Source of the DNA: Alphaproteobacteria bacterium
Lineage (GTDB): Bacteria; Pseudomonadota; Alphaproteobacteria; UBA828
Reading direction: 5' to 3'
NCBI GenBank assembly: GCA_965220745.1
Contig: CBDCQT010000012.1
Span: 224,001-288,000, forward strand
DNA length: 64,000 nt
Positions within the stretch are counted from its first letter, which is position 1, and the number at the start of each line of letters is the position of its first letter. The notes under the pieces were generated by a model. That model was not told the origin of the DNA and searched no databases. It saw only the letters and a list, made by a program, of their open reading frames with translations. This document shows positions 38,034-47,131 of the stretch, piece by piece. Position numbers and translations under genes: made by a program.

Positions 38034-38894
38034 ATGACCGTGAACACCATCGGCGTGGTCGGCGCCGGCATGATGGGCTCGGAGATCGCGCTGGTTATGG
38101 CGCTTGCAGGCAAGACAGTGCTGTTGAATGACCGCGACCGGGCGCTCCTCGACAAAGCCGTGGCCAAGCTCGATGGCGTGCTCGACAAGGGCATCGCCCG
38201 CGGCTTCTACAGCGAAGACGACAAGGCCAGGGCACAGGACAACATGCGCACGGCCCTCGACCTCGGCGACTTCGCACCTTGCGACATGGTGATCGAGGCG
38301 GTGTTCGAGGACGAGGAGGTGAAGGCTGGCGTCTATCGGGTGCTCGGCGAGATTCTGGCCCCCGACTGCCCGATCGCGAGCAACACGTCGAGCATCTCGA
38401 TCAGCGTGCTCGCCTCCTACCTGGAGGAGGCGCGGCGGCCCTTCTTCCTCGGCACCCATTTCTTCTCGCCGGTCTCGCGCATGAAGCTGGTCGAGGTGAT
38501 TCCGGGGCTGGAGACGGCGGACGAGACCGTTGCCGCCGTGATTGCCGTCTGCGAGGAGGCGGGCAAGACGCCGGTGCCGATCAAGGATGTCGTCGGCTTC
38601 GCGGTCAATCGGCTGATCCACATCTTCTGGATCGAGGCGATTCGCTTGGTGGAGGAAGGGGTGGCGACGCCGGAAGATATCGATACCGCCTGCAAGCTCG
38701 GCATGGGGCTCCCGGTCGGACCCTTTCGGCTTATGGATGCAGTGACCAACAACCTCAGCCTCGACGTGCAGGAGATCCTGCACGAGGCCTACGGGCCGCG
38801 CTTCATGCCCCGCCCCCTGCTGAAGCAAATGGTAAAGGCGGGCTACAATGGGCGGAGCGCGGGCAAGGGCTGGTATCGCTACGACGAGAGCTGA
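38034..38894 (+). CDS. 3-hydroxyacyl-CoA (3-hydroxybutyryl-CoA-type) dehydrogenase
   Basis: VVGAGMMG, IEAVFE, ASNTSSI, GTHFFSP, GFAVNR, PVGPF. Confidence 0.93.
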   Translation: MTVNTIGVVGAGMMGSEIALVMALAGKTVLLNDRDRALLDKAVAKLDGVLDKGIARGFYSEDDKARAQDNMRTALDLGDFAPCDMVIEAVFEDEEVKAGVYRVLGEILAPDCPIASNTSSISISVLASYLEEARRPFFLGTHFFSPVSRMKLVEVIPGLETADETVAAVIAVCEEAGKTPVPIKDVVGFAVNRLIHIFWIEAIRLVEEGVATPEDIDTACKLGMGLPVGPFRLMDAVTNNLSLDVQEILHEAYGPRFMPRPLLKQMVKAGYNGRSAGKGWYRYDES

Positions 38895-38938
38895 GCCGGG
38901 GCAGCGTGCGCGCTCGACCGGATCGAGGAGGGAGAGGC

Positions 38939-39970
38939 ATGGAAGCAGCGGTGTTCAAGGGCGTCGGCAATCCGCTATCGATCGAGCAGGTGGATGAGCC
39001 GTCCGTCCGCCCCGGCGACCTCCTGATCAAGGTCGAGTTCTGCGGCATCTGCGGCTCCGACCTGCACGCGACCGAGGCGGGCGCGCTGGTGGTGCCGGAC
39101 GGCCAAATCCTGGGCCATGAGTTTACCGGAACCGTCGTGGAGACGGGTGCAGAAGTGGGCGGGGACTGGAAGGTCGGCGACCACGTGACAGCCGTGCCGG
39201 TCAACGCCTGTGCGGAGTGCGGGCGCCAGTGCAAGCTCGGCATGGGCATCCACTGCCCCAACAACATCATCACCGGCTTCGGTGCGCCGGGGGCTTATGC
39301 CGAGTACATCCGCGTCGATGCCGGCAACGCGCTCAGGCTGCCGCAGGGCCTCGGCTTCCGCGAGGGTGCGACGGCGGAGCCGCTCTCGGTCGGCCATCAC
39401 GTGATCGACAAGGCAGGCATGCGGCCCGGCACCAACGTACTGGTGATCGGCGCGGGGCCTATCGGGCTCTCGTGCACGACCTTCGCGCGCTTTTCCGGCG
39501 CCCGCCACGTCGTGGTGAGCGAGTTCGCCGCGCACCGCCGCGAGCGCGCGCTCGCGATGGGCGCGACCGCGGTCATCGATCCCAACGCGGGCGATGTGGC
39601 CGAGCAGTATGCGGCAATCGCCGGCGGTCCGCCCGACCTGGTAATCGAATGCGTCGGCGTTCCCGGCATGCTCGGGCTCTGCATCGACCTGGTGAAACAC
39701 CAGGGCAAGGTCATGGTCTGCGGCGTCTGCACCAACGAGGAGAGCTTCATCCCGCTCGCCGCGCTGGCGAAGGAGGTGTGCCTACAGTGGGCGCTCGGCT
39801 ACAAGCCGCGGGATTTCGAGGTGGTGCTCGATCTGCTCGCGAACGGGCGGATCGACCCGGCGCCGCTTATTACCCACGTGATCGGCTTCGACGATCTCGC
39901 CGCGCGCTTCGAGAAGCTCAGGACGCCGACCGACGAGTGCAAGGTGCTTCTGCGCCCCCAGCGGGACTGA
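38939..39970 (+). CDS. Zn-dependent alcohol dehydrogenase (MDR family)
   Basis: GICGSDLH, GHEF, Cys cluster CAECGRQC...C, GAGPIG. ATG at 38939 after a GGAG-rich RBS. Confidence 0.92.
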   Translation: MEAAVFKGVGNPLSIEQVDEPSVRPGDLLIKVEFCGICGSDLHATEAGALVVPDGQILGHEFTGTVVETGAEVGGDWKVGDHVTAVPVNACAECGRQCKLGMGIHCPNNIITGFGAPGAYAEYIRVDAGNALRLPQGLGFREGATAEPLSVGHHVIDKAGMRPGTNVLVIGAGPIGLSCTTFARFSGARHVVVSEFAAHRRERALAMGATAVIDPNAGDVAEQYAAIAGGPPDLVIECVGVPGMLGLCIDLVKHQGKVMVCGVCTNEESFIPLAALAKEVCLQWALGYKPRDFEVVLDLLANGRIDPAPLITHVIGFDDLAARFEKLRTPTDECKVLLRPQRD

Positions 39971-39983
39971 TGGGAGGAATTCG

Positions 39984-40769
39984 ATGACCGGACGGGTTGA
40001 CGGCAAGATCGCGCTGATCTCGGGCGCCGGCACGGGCGTCGGGCGCGCCTGCATGATTCTGTTCGCCTGCGAGGGCGCCAGGGTCGTCGGCTGCTCGCGC
40101 ACCCAGGCGAACCTGGACGAGACGCTGCGGCTCACGAAGGAAGCGGGCGGCGACGGCTTCGTGGTCGCGCACGATCTGGCGCAACCCGAAGGCGCCGAAG
40201 CGCTGATCCAGGCCTCCATGGATATATACGGGCGCATCGACATCCTCGTGAACTGCGCGAGCGTCGGCTACAGCTGGCTGGAGAAGAGCCCGGACTCCAT
40301 GGGCGACGTGGTCAACACCACGCCCGAGAAGTGGCAGGAGGTGATGGGGATCAACCTCGATTCCTACTTCTATCTCTGCCGCGGCGTGATCCCCATCATG
40401 CAGAAGCAGGGCGGGGGCGCGATCGTCAACGTGGCCAGCATCTCGGGCTTCCAGGGCCTCCCCGTCGCGCACACCTACACGGCGGCGAAAGGGGCGGCGA
40501 TCAACCTGACGCGCTCGCTCTGCGTGACCTATGCCAAGGACAATATCCGCGCGAACTGCGTCGCACCGGGCTTCACCGACACGCCGATGGTGGCGCCCGT
40601 CCTCAATCTCTTCGACGATCCGGATATGGCGGACCGCCTCACGCCGATGCTGCGCCCCGGCACGCCTGAGGAGATGGCCTACGGCTGCCTCTATCTCGGC
40701 TCCGACGAAGCGACCTACTGCAACGGCACCGTGCTTACCATAGACGGCGGCACCACGGCACGACAATAG
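39984..40769 (+). CDS. SDR family NAD(P)-dependent oxidoreductase
   Basis: SGAGTGVG, VNVASI, YTAAK, VAPGFTDT. Confidence 0.92.
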   Translation: MTGRVDGKIALISGAGTGVGRACMILFACEGARVVGCSRTQANLDETLRLTKEAGGDGFVVAHDLAQPEGAEALIQASMDIYGRIDILVNCASVGYSWLEKSPDSMGDVVNTTPEKWQEVMGINLDSYFYLCRGVIPIMQKQGGGAIVNVASISGFQGLPVAHTYTAAKGAAINLTRSLCVTYAKDNIRANCVAPGFTDTPMVAPVLNLFDDPDMADRLTPMLRPGTPEEMAYGCLYLGSDEATYCNGTVLTIDGGTTARQ

Positions 40770-41477
40770 GCGCTGGGGCCCATCCTTCGGCCACGGGTAA
40801 CCAGCCGCCGGCCTTGCGGACTCGGCGCTCTGGTCGATTCGATTCCACCCAACTGCCCGTCAACTGGGGCCCCACGCCACACCTCGGGGAAATCCGGCCA
40901 GGACGGGCAAGAGTCCGGACTACGAAGAGTCTCGACGGCCTTGAACTGCGCTTCCCTCGCCATTTCAACGTATTGACGTGAAGGTATCATCGCCGACCGC
41001 GCTGAGCCGGGCGGACGCGCGTCATCCAATCGTCAAGATTCAAGATACGGTCATGCCACCGCAAGTCGTTCCTCCCACAATGCCGCGCAACAGCGCGGGC
41101 GGCGGTCCCCGGCAGAAGTTGTTGTCCGCGACCTGACGAAGACATTCGGCTAGGACCGGACGGCGCTTGCGCGGGCCGACATCGCCCGGCGTGCGAGCCA
41201 GCGGGCGGCTGCTCTTCCACCTGATGAGAGACATCTGGCTTCGACCACTCCGAAAAGATTGGTAGCGAGCTCTCAACCGATGACATCATGCCTGTCCATC
41301 ACGGCGTGACCGAACAGATTCCTCCAGCCTGTGCTCTCCAATGGTCTGGAGTTTCCTTTTTTGTGCTTACTTGGTGTGTATTTTCCTCAATCCGGTGTCT
41401 CTGTCACGCTCGTGCGGTCTTCCAAGCTATTGAGTTGCAATGCATATTCGCGTCGGCGCAGCAGACCGTGCTAGTGG

Positions 41478-41494
41478 TGAGAAATGCGGGTTAG
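41478..41494 (+). mobile_element. Isolated IS1380-family-like right end
   Basis: TGAGAAATGCGGG-TTAG reading VRNAG*, the style of terminus I recall for IS1380-family elements. No transposase nearby. Confidence 0.4.
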
Positions 41495-42489
41495 TACCGC
41501 AGGTGCGCCGCTCGGTGTGCCTCTTCTTCGAGGGCCGTTGGCAAACGAGGGTCGAGGATGATCGTTTCTTGCTCGAGCCACAGTCCCGAGTTCTTGAGTT
41601 CGTGAACGAGCTCAGGCGCGTCGGTGAGGTCCAGATCGCTGGACCACGGTCGCTTCAGCGCCCGTTTGGGCACGCATTCCTTCCAGAACTCCGGCACCAC
41701 CCATCGCAGTCGCGAGTAGTGCTTCTTGAGGTGGTTCACGATCCCGGCGCCCTGCGGGTCGAGGTCGCCGAAGTGGAGGAGAGGGATGTCTTCGAGCTGA
41801 TCCAGGACAAGCCTTGCGGTGGCGGTGTTCCACCCCGGGACGTGCATCACGATCCAGTCTTCGGGCACGCGCACGTCGATGTAGGAGCCGAGATTCTCGA
41901 CGAGTAGCGCGACGCTCGGTCGCCTCGCCGTGAGCCGCGTGCCGTCGCGTAGTGCTCTCTCGGTCAGTACCATCTCACCCGCGATGTCGACGAAGACGGA
42001 GGCATCGATGCACCGATCGGAGCCCTCCAGCATCAGCCCCTTGTTAGGGCGAAGCCGCGCAATCCCGTCGCGTGTGAGTTCGATTCCGGCGAGAGCCGTT
42101 CTACGCCCGTCGGTGAGGCCTGCCTTCGAATGCGGACCGACATATGCCGCCGCCGTCTTTTCGTTGAGCCTCTTGGGCAGGGCCTCCACCCGGCCTGCAC
42201 GTTCGGCGTCTTGAAACGCTTTCCAGCCCTCGCATGTCACCGGTAGGCCGGCTTCGACAAGTCGCGCTTGCGCATCGCGCCACTCCGGCCATCGCCGGTC
42301 GAGCATCTCCTCGACTTCGCTTTGCATGCCTGCTGCGAGTGCGAATTCACCGCGCCTACCTGTTGCCTTCGTCCATCGAAGCTGCTCAAGCCATTCCCAC
42401 GCTTTACGTTGGCTTTCTCTGCGAGTGAGCCTTCCTTCATGGACCAGCTCCAGGACCGCGAACCTGTTCGCGTCGCTGTCCCACATCAT
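41491..42489 (-). CDS. jetD: Wadjet JetD/MksG-like Toprim nuclease (DUF2220-type), 332 aa
   Basis: LLVEN, HFGDLDPQG (DxD), WLEQE. ATGA-coupled to the upstream MukB-like fragment. Confidence 0.8.
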   Translation of the reverse strand: MMWDSDANRFAVLELVHEGRLTRRESQRKAWEWLEQLRWTKATGRRGEFALAAGMQSEVEEMLDRRWPEWRDAQARLVEAGLPVTCEGWKAFQDAERAGRVEALPKRLNEKTAAAYVGPHSKAGLTDGRRTALAGIELTRDGIARLRPNKGLMLEGSDRCIDASVFVDIAGEMVLTERALRDGTRLTARRPSVALLVENLGSYIDVRVPEDWIVMHVPGWNTATARLVLDQLEDIPLLHFGDLDPQGAGIVNHLKKHYSRLRWVVPEFWKECVPKRALKRPWSSDLDLTDAPELVHELKNSGLWLEQETIILDPRLPTALEEEAHRAAHLRY

Positions 42490-43053
42490 GCGGTTGCCTC
42501 CGCGACCACCCGTCTCCCGGTCACGCGGACCTCTTCTTCTCCGTCGCCATCCGACACCCGCACGAGGCGATACGTCGTGTTGCCCTCGGCCTGTGCCACT
42601 TCGGGTGCTGCGACCATGAGCTGAAGTTGGAGGTTTCGGCAGAGATCGAAGAGCACCGCGAGGTTCTCGCGGTCGAGCCGGTTCGCTTCGTCGAGGAGGA
42701 GGAGCCTGAGCGTCCCCTGCGCGCTCTGCGCCCGCAACAGGCTTGCGCCCCGCTCCCATGCGGTGAGCACCACCATCATGAGTGCGGCGCCGATCCCAAT
42801 GCTCTCGCCGGTCGAGATCCGAATCGAATTCGCCGTCTCCCATCCCGTCCCGGCCTTCCTTCTCACTTCGACGCGCGGATCGACATACTCGCGGTAGTCG
42901 AGGAGTCGATGTCCCTGTGCCCGTCGGCCGGCAAACTTCCGGAACAGTTCGTTGAGCGCCTCTTCGAGGGGGAGGTCGGGGGTGAAGAGCCTGCCCTGTC
43001 CGTCTCCTGTTCGGAGCGCCTCGAGGACGTTCTCCATCTCAGGCACGCGGCCC
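42486..43053 (-). pseudogene. mukB: C-terminal ATPase-head fragment of a MukB-like SMC protein
   Basis: LLDYREY, ISTGESIGIG, RLLLLDEANRLD, LFDLCRNLQLQLMVAAPE, TTYRLVR closely parallel the E. coli MukB C-terminus as recalled. Confidence 0.85.
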
Positions 43054-43087
43054 TGACCTGCCCCCGTCGACTGGTCCAGGTCGAATG

Positions 43088-43906
43088 TTAGTGCATCGCG
43101 GGTTCCTCGGCCAAGCTGGGTGGCCGGCGGAGCGTAGCGGAGCCGGGCGGCCAGCTTGGCATGATGATCGTCTCCGGGGCCGGCGGCCGGTATCCCAGGC
43201 TGCCGTGTGGGCGGATCGCGTTGTAATGGCACCGCCACGATTCGATGAGAACCTGGGCTTCCTTCAGGGTGTAGAAGATCTCCCCGTTCAGGAGCTCGTC
43301 GCGCAGCCGCGCATTGAAGCTCTCGATGTAGCCGTTCTCCCAGGGTGAGCCCGGCTCGATGAAGGCGGTGCGGGCGCTGACCGCAGCGATCCACCGCCTG
43401 ACGGCCTCGGCGACGAACTCCGGACCGTTGTCGGAACGGATCCAGGTCGGAATGCCGCGCAGGATGAACAGGTCGGTCAGCACATCGATGACGTCGATCG
43501 AGGAAAGCCTCCTGCGCACCCGGATGACCAGGCTCTCGCGGGTGAACTCGTCCAGGACGTTGAGCATGCGGAAGGCCCTGCCGTCATACGTCCGGTGATG
43601 GACGAAGTCGTAGGACCAGACGTGATCCGCCCTCTCGGCGCGCAGCCGGATGCAGGAGCCGTCATTGAGCCAAAGCCGGCCCCGCTTCGGTTGCTTGCCG
43701 GGCACCTTCAGCCCCTCGCGCCGCCACAAGCGCTCGATCCGCTTGTCGTTGACCTGCCAGCCGGCATCGCGAAGCAGGGCCGCGATGCGGCGATAGCCGT
43801 AACGGCCGTACTGGCGGGCCAGCTCGATCATGTACGCGACCAGGCGGTCCTCGTCGTCGCGGCCGCGCGGGATGCGGCGCTGGGTCGAGCGGTGCTGCCC
43901 CAGCAC
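43088..43906 (-). CDS. IS3 transposase OrfB (DDE integrase core), likely expressed by frameshift from orfA
   Basis: YGYRRI, WSYDF, RSDNGPEF, PGSPWENGYIESFN. Confidence 0.93.
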   Translation of the reverse strand: MLGQHRSTQRRIPRGRDDEDRLVAYMIELARQYGRYGYRRIAALLRDAGWQVNDKRIERLWRREGLKVPGKQPKRGRLWLNDGSCIRLRAERADHVWSYDFVHHRTYDGRAFRMLNVLDEFTRESLVIRVRRRLSSIDVIDVLTDLFILRGIPTWIRSDNGPEFVAEAVRRWIAAVSARTAFIEPGSPWENGYIESFNARLRDELLNGEIFYTLKEAQVLIESWRCHYNAIRPHGSLGYRPPAPETIIMPSWPPGSATLRRPPSLAEEPAMH

Positions 43907-43980
43907 CCGGCAAGCGCGGCGTTCCGAGACCCCGAGCCGGTCACAGACATGATCGATGCACTGGCGCCGGCGCGAGGGGC

Positions 43981-44259
43981 TTAGAAGTTTCCCCCTGCGG
44001 CCTCTTTGAGAATCTGCTTGTCCAGCGTCAGATCGGAGACCGCACGGCGCAGCCGCTCGTTCTCCTTCTCGAGCTCCTTCAAACGGCGGAGCTGATCGCC
44101 GCTCATCCCGGCATACTCCTTGCGCCAGCGGTAGAAGGTAACCTCGCTGATCCCAAGCTCGCGGATCGCGTCCGCCATCGACATGCCCTGGCCGTTCAGA
44201 ACCTCAGCCCGCCGCAGCAGGCTCACGATCTCCTCGGGCTTGTAACGCTTCCTTGCCAT
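43981..44259 (-). CDS. IS3 transposase OrfA (HTH)
   Basis: MARKRYKPEEIV, GISEVTFYRWRKEY, LKELEKENERLRR. GGGAAAC slippery motif at its end. Confidence 0.92.
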   Translation of the reverse strand: MARKRYKPEEIVSLLRRAEVLNGQGMSMADAIRELGISEVTFYRWRKEYAGMSGDQLRRLKELEKENERLRRAVSDLTLDKQILKEAAGGNF

Positions 44260-44651
44260 CGTCGGTCCTCCTCTTTCCATAACCTAAGGGTGGACCAACT
44301 CGATGGGGGAGGATCAGCCCAGTCGCGCGCCCATTTGGATGTTATCGGGTTAAGATGACCATTTGAGCGGATCACTTTCATCTGGAACGTGAGAATGAAG
44401 GTGATGTCAAGCTCAAGATCCCTCCGGCCTGGTAAAGGGTTTTCTCCAAGGGAATCGGCATGCCCAATGAGGGAGCTTGCCGACGGCATGACAGCGCATT
44501 ACAGCACGAAACAGGCTCGCTTGCGTTCCATCCGGGCTGCCCAAAAGACCCCAGTAGACAGCCCCCACGGTAACACCGTGGAGGCAACCACTGCCGGCAA
44601 CAGTTGCGGAAGAGACAGTGTGCCGAACAGGCCGCGAACCCGACATCGCCG

Positions 44652-44861
44652 CTATGCGTCAGAATGACAACCCTCTTCGTCAGTACACAACTCGAACATC
44701 TCTTTCTTGAGTGCATCCTCAAGGGGCTTCTTTTCGGGATCGCATATGGGAGGTCGCTCCGTGCATGAGCGGTCTCCCTGCAAGGTGACGGCATGGGACG
44801 TCGAAATCGACGCAACCATGATGGCTGCCGCAAAAGGCAGCAGAGCGAGGGGGGCTTTCAT
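44652..44861 (-). CDS. Small putative secreted Cys-containing protein (possibly frameshifted)
   Basis: MKAPLALLPFAAAIMVASISTSHA signal-peptide-like start; four Cys in the mature part. Confidence 0.35.
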   Translation of the reverse strand: MKAPLALLPFAAAIMVASISTSHAVTLQGDRSCTERPPICDPEKKPLEDALKKEMFELCTDEEGCHSDA

Positions 44862-45213
44862 CGGACAATTCTCCCGCCAGCTTTTGGATCGAGTCTTGAG
44901 GCAAGTATGACAGTAACCGATTTCAACCCGAGGCGTGTGCGCTGTAGAGCAATCATCTTCAGAATTCGATTGCAGTGATGTGCATCGACCCGCGAAGCGA
45001 GCACGGTGGCTCGGGACCCTCAAACTCCGCCCCTGCGGGACCGGCCGCCCGCCCCGGCTCGGCGTTTCGGTGCACGGCGTTGCGGGCGTCGACGGTCCCG
45101 GCCCTTCGGCGGGCGGCGGGACCGTGGCGCCCCCGCAGCGCGGGAGTCGGACGGGAAGCGCGCGGATTCGACAACAATTGCCGACGCCATGGCACCGATC
45201 TTCAGCAGCTTGA

Positions 45214-45618
45214 GGCGTCGAGATCGGGGGAATGACCTTTTGGGGCTCGCCCTGGCAACCATAGTTCTTTGACATGGCCTTCAATCATGAGCGCGGCGCA
45301 GAGCTTCGCGAGAAGTGGGACCCGATACCGGCGCACGTCGATGTCCTGATCACCCACGGCCCGCTCCATGGCGTGTTCGACCGGACCGAGACGGGCGAGA
45401 ATGTCGGTTGCGGGGAGCTTCGTGACGCAACTCAGCGCACGTGCCCGCGGCTTCACGTCTTCGGACACATTGTCCATGGCCGCGGCTGGCGGCGCCTTGG
45501 GAGCACGCTTCATGTCAACGCACCGAGTTGCGCCGGCCGCCATGAGCCCCTCAACCCGGTGCCGGTTGTCGACCTTCCGGCTGGCGGCGATGCCATTATC
45601 GCAACCCAGGTGTTGTAG
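45214..45618 (+). pseudogene. Metallophosphoesterase (MPPED/239FB-like) remnant, 5'-truncated with an internal stop
   Basis: GVEIGGMTFWGSPWQP*FFDMAFN...DVLITHGP...VGC...HVFGHI. TAG at 45262. Confidence 0.75.
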
Positions 45619-45847
45619 CGGAGAGCCGAAACCGGCCACCTTGCGGAACTCTGCGCGGAGAGCGAAGGCGGCATCGCGTGCCCGCAAGCTCGGTTCCAGG
45701 AAGTAGGGCGCCAAGTGGTTCGAACCGGGTATGTCCAAAGGCGCTCCGAGGGAGCGGTGAGCCGCCGGCCCTTGTCAGTCGGCCTGCCCGCGCCGATATG
45801 CATTACAAAACGAGCTACGAACGATTGGTCCTTTGCGGGAGGCGATC

Positions 45848-46852
45848 ATGGGGCCGGAGGACAGGCGCGGCGGCCGGGGGTCGGCTGACGACGAATTGGA
45901 GGGGCGCGACCTGCTGGTCGGCCGGCCGCAAGGGGCGGAGATCAGGCCGGGCGCCGGGACCGAACAATCGCCGGCGGCTGCAACGTCTTCGCAACCAGGT
46001 GCGCACGCCGAGAACATCCGGGAGATCCTCGAGACGGTGCGGGCGACGGCAGCCAAGATTGACGCACTTGAGGCCGCGTCAGGATCGGACCCGGAGAACG
46101 AGAAGGGCGACGCGCTGGCTCGCGAAACGGCGGCGCTGGCCAACGAGAGAACGGCGCTGGCTCGCGAGACGGCGGCGCTGACCGGCGCGAGAATGGCGCT
46201 GGCCGACGAGAGAGCGGCGCTGGCCGGCGAGAGAGCGGCGTTGTCTCAGGCGCTAAAAGCAGCCCGCGGCTCGCTCGCGAAGGCGGAGGCGCTCGCCGCG
46301 CGGTGGGAGGAGAAGGCGTCGTCCGAAGCCAGCGTGCTGTCCCAGGATATCGCCGCGCTGAAGAAGGAGAATGCAGCGCTCGGCACGTACGTCGGGGAAG
46401 CGCACAAGCTGGCAAATAAGGTGAGTGAGCAAATGCATACGGCGATGTCGGAGAGGAAGGCCGTCTACGACAGCAAGATCGACTTTCAGGAAACGGCGAA
46501 GGGGATGGCCGACACTCTTCGCGTTCACGCCGAGAGTCTTGGCGTTCACGCCGAGAACATGCTCCGCATCAATCGGAATCATCGGTTGCGCCCCTTGCGG
46601 ATAGGCGTGGCCTTTGGGGCCGCGTCGCTCGTGTTCTTCCTGCTGGGCACGGTGCTGCAGGCGGAGGTCGACGTGCTGTCGTTGGGCGATGAGTACCGCG
46701 AGTGGAACGACCATGTCCTGGAGCACTACGGTCCGACACTCGCCCTTTGCGCGATGCGCGCGACTTCGGCCGAAACGACCGGCAGGTGCCCGATCGACAT
46801 CGAGCCGGTGCCGGAGATTACGATTCCTTTCTCCTATCCCGAGTTGCGGTAG
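45848..46852 (+). CDS. Coiled-coil protein with a C-terminal transmembrane segment, upstream of relaxase 2
   Basis: Heptad repeats and hydrophobic IGVAFGAASLVFFLLGTVL. ATG at 45848 after GGGAGG. Confidence 0.7.
   Translation: MGPEDRRGGRGSADDELEGRDLLVGRPQGAEIRPGAGTEQSPAAATSSQPGAHAENIREILETVRATAAKIDALEAASGSDPENEKGDALARETAALANERTALARETAALTGARMALADERAALAGERAALSQALKAARGSLAKAEALAARWEEKASSEASVLSQDIAALKKENAALGTYVGEAHKLANKVSEQMHTAMSERKAVYDSKIDFQETAKGMADTLRVHAESLGVHAENMLRINRNHRLRPLRIGVAFGAASLVFFLLGTVLQAEVDVLSLGDEYREWNDHVLEHYGPTLALCAMRATSAETTGRCPIDIEPVPEITIPFSYPELR
46112..46258 (+). repeat. Intragenic 21-bp tandem repeat (about 7 units, heptads ALARETA/ALANERT/ALADERA...)
   Basis: GCGCTG recurs every 21 bp from 46112. 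Confidence 0.85.
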
Positions 46853-47131
46853 CCGTGAAACAGTTTCGGTCGCGGCACGCGGGGAGGCTGTCCAGCCCCA
46901 TGGGCATGGAGTTGGCCGAGATCGCCAGCGGCGGCGCGGCGGAGACGAACGATGGACTTCCCCGATATGGCCAGAAGCTGTCTCTCGCGGCCGACTGGAG
47001 TGCGGCAGGGCCGTTCGGGCGGCCTTGAGTTCAGCGTCCACGCCACCGAGGTGCGTTGCGCTTGACCGTTCGGATTGACCACGGTGCCGCTTGAGGAGGA
47101 TGCTGACCCCACAACGGAGCCGTAGGCGCCC

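Larger units (their letters stand above)
43054..44316 (-). mobile_element. IS3-family (IS407 group-like) insertion sequence, 1263 bp
   Basis: Imperfect IRs TGACCTGCCCCCGTCGACTGGTCCA / TGGACCAACTCGATGGGGGAGGATCA. GCCC duplication at 43050-43053 and 44317-44320. orfA and orfB present. Confidence 0.95.

Noticed and set aside
40838-40846. TTCGATTCC as a tRNA 3' remnant marking an island end
   Set aside because: No T-stem pairing and no second copy noticed.
40770-41470. Short ORFs between the SDR and jetD
   Set aside because: No recognisable motifs and weak codon bias; probably decayed sequence.
11733-41490. CCTGCATTTCTCA (11733) and TGAGAAATGCGGG (41478) as inverted ends of a 30-kb IS1380-type transposition unit
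   Set aside because: The left copy lies inside the IS5-type MITE and there is no shared target duplication. A 12/13 match may be chance.
42486-43394. 302-aa ORF as a real fusion protein or chromosomal mukB
   Set aside because: Its first third is IS3 sequence read in an alternate frame; only 42486-43053 is MukB-like.
45717-45725. GGTTCGAAC as a tRNA T-loop or att site
   Set aside because: Flanks do not pair into a T-stem and no cloverleaf forms.
46112-46258. 21-bp periodic repeats as CRISPR or iterons
   Set aside because: They encode in-frame heptads of a coiled-coil ORF.
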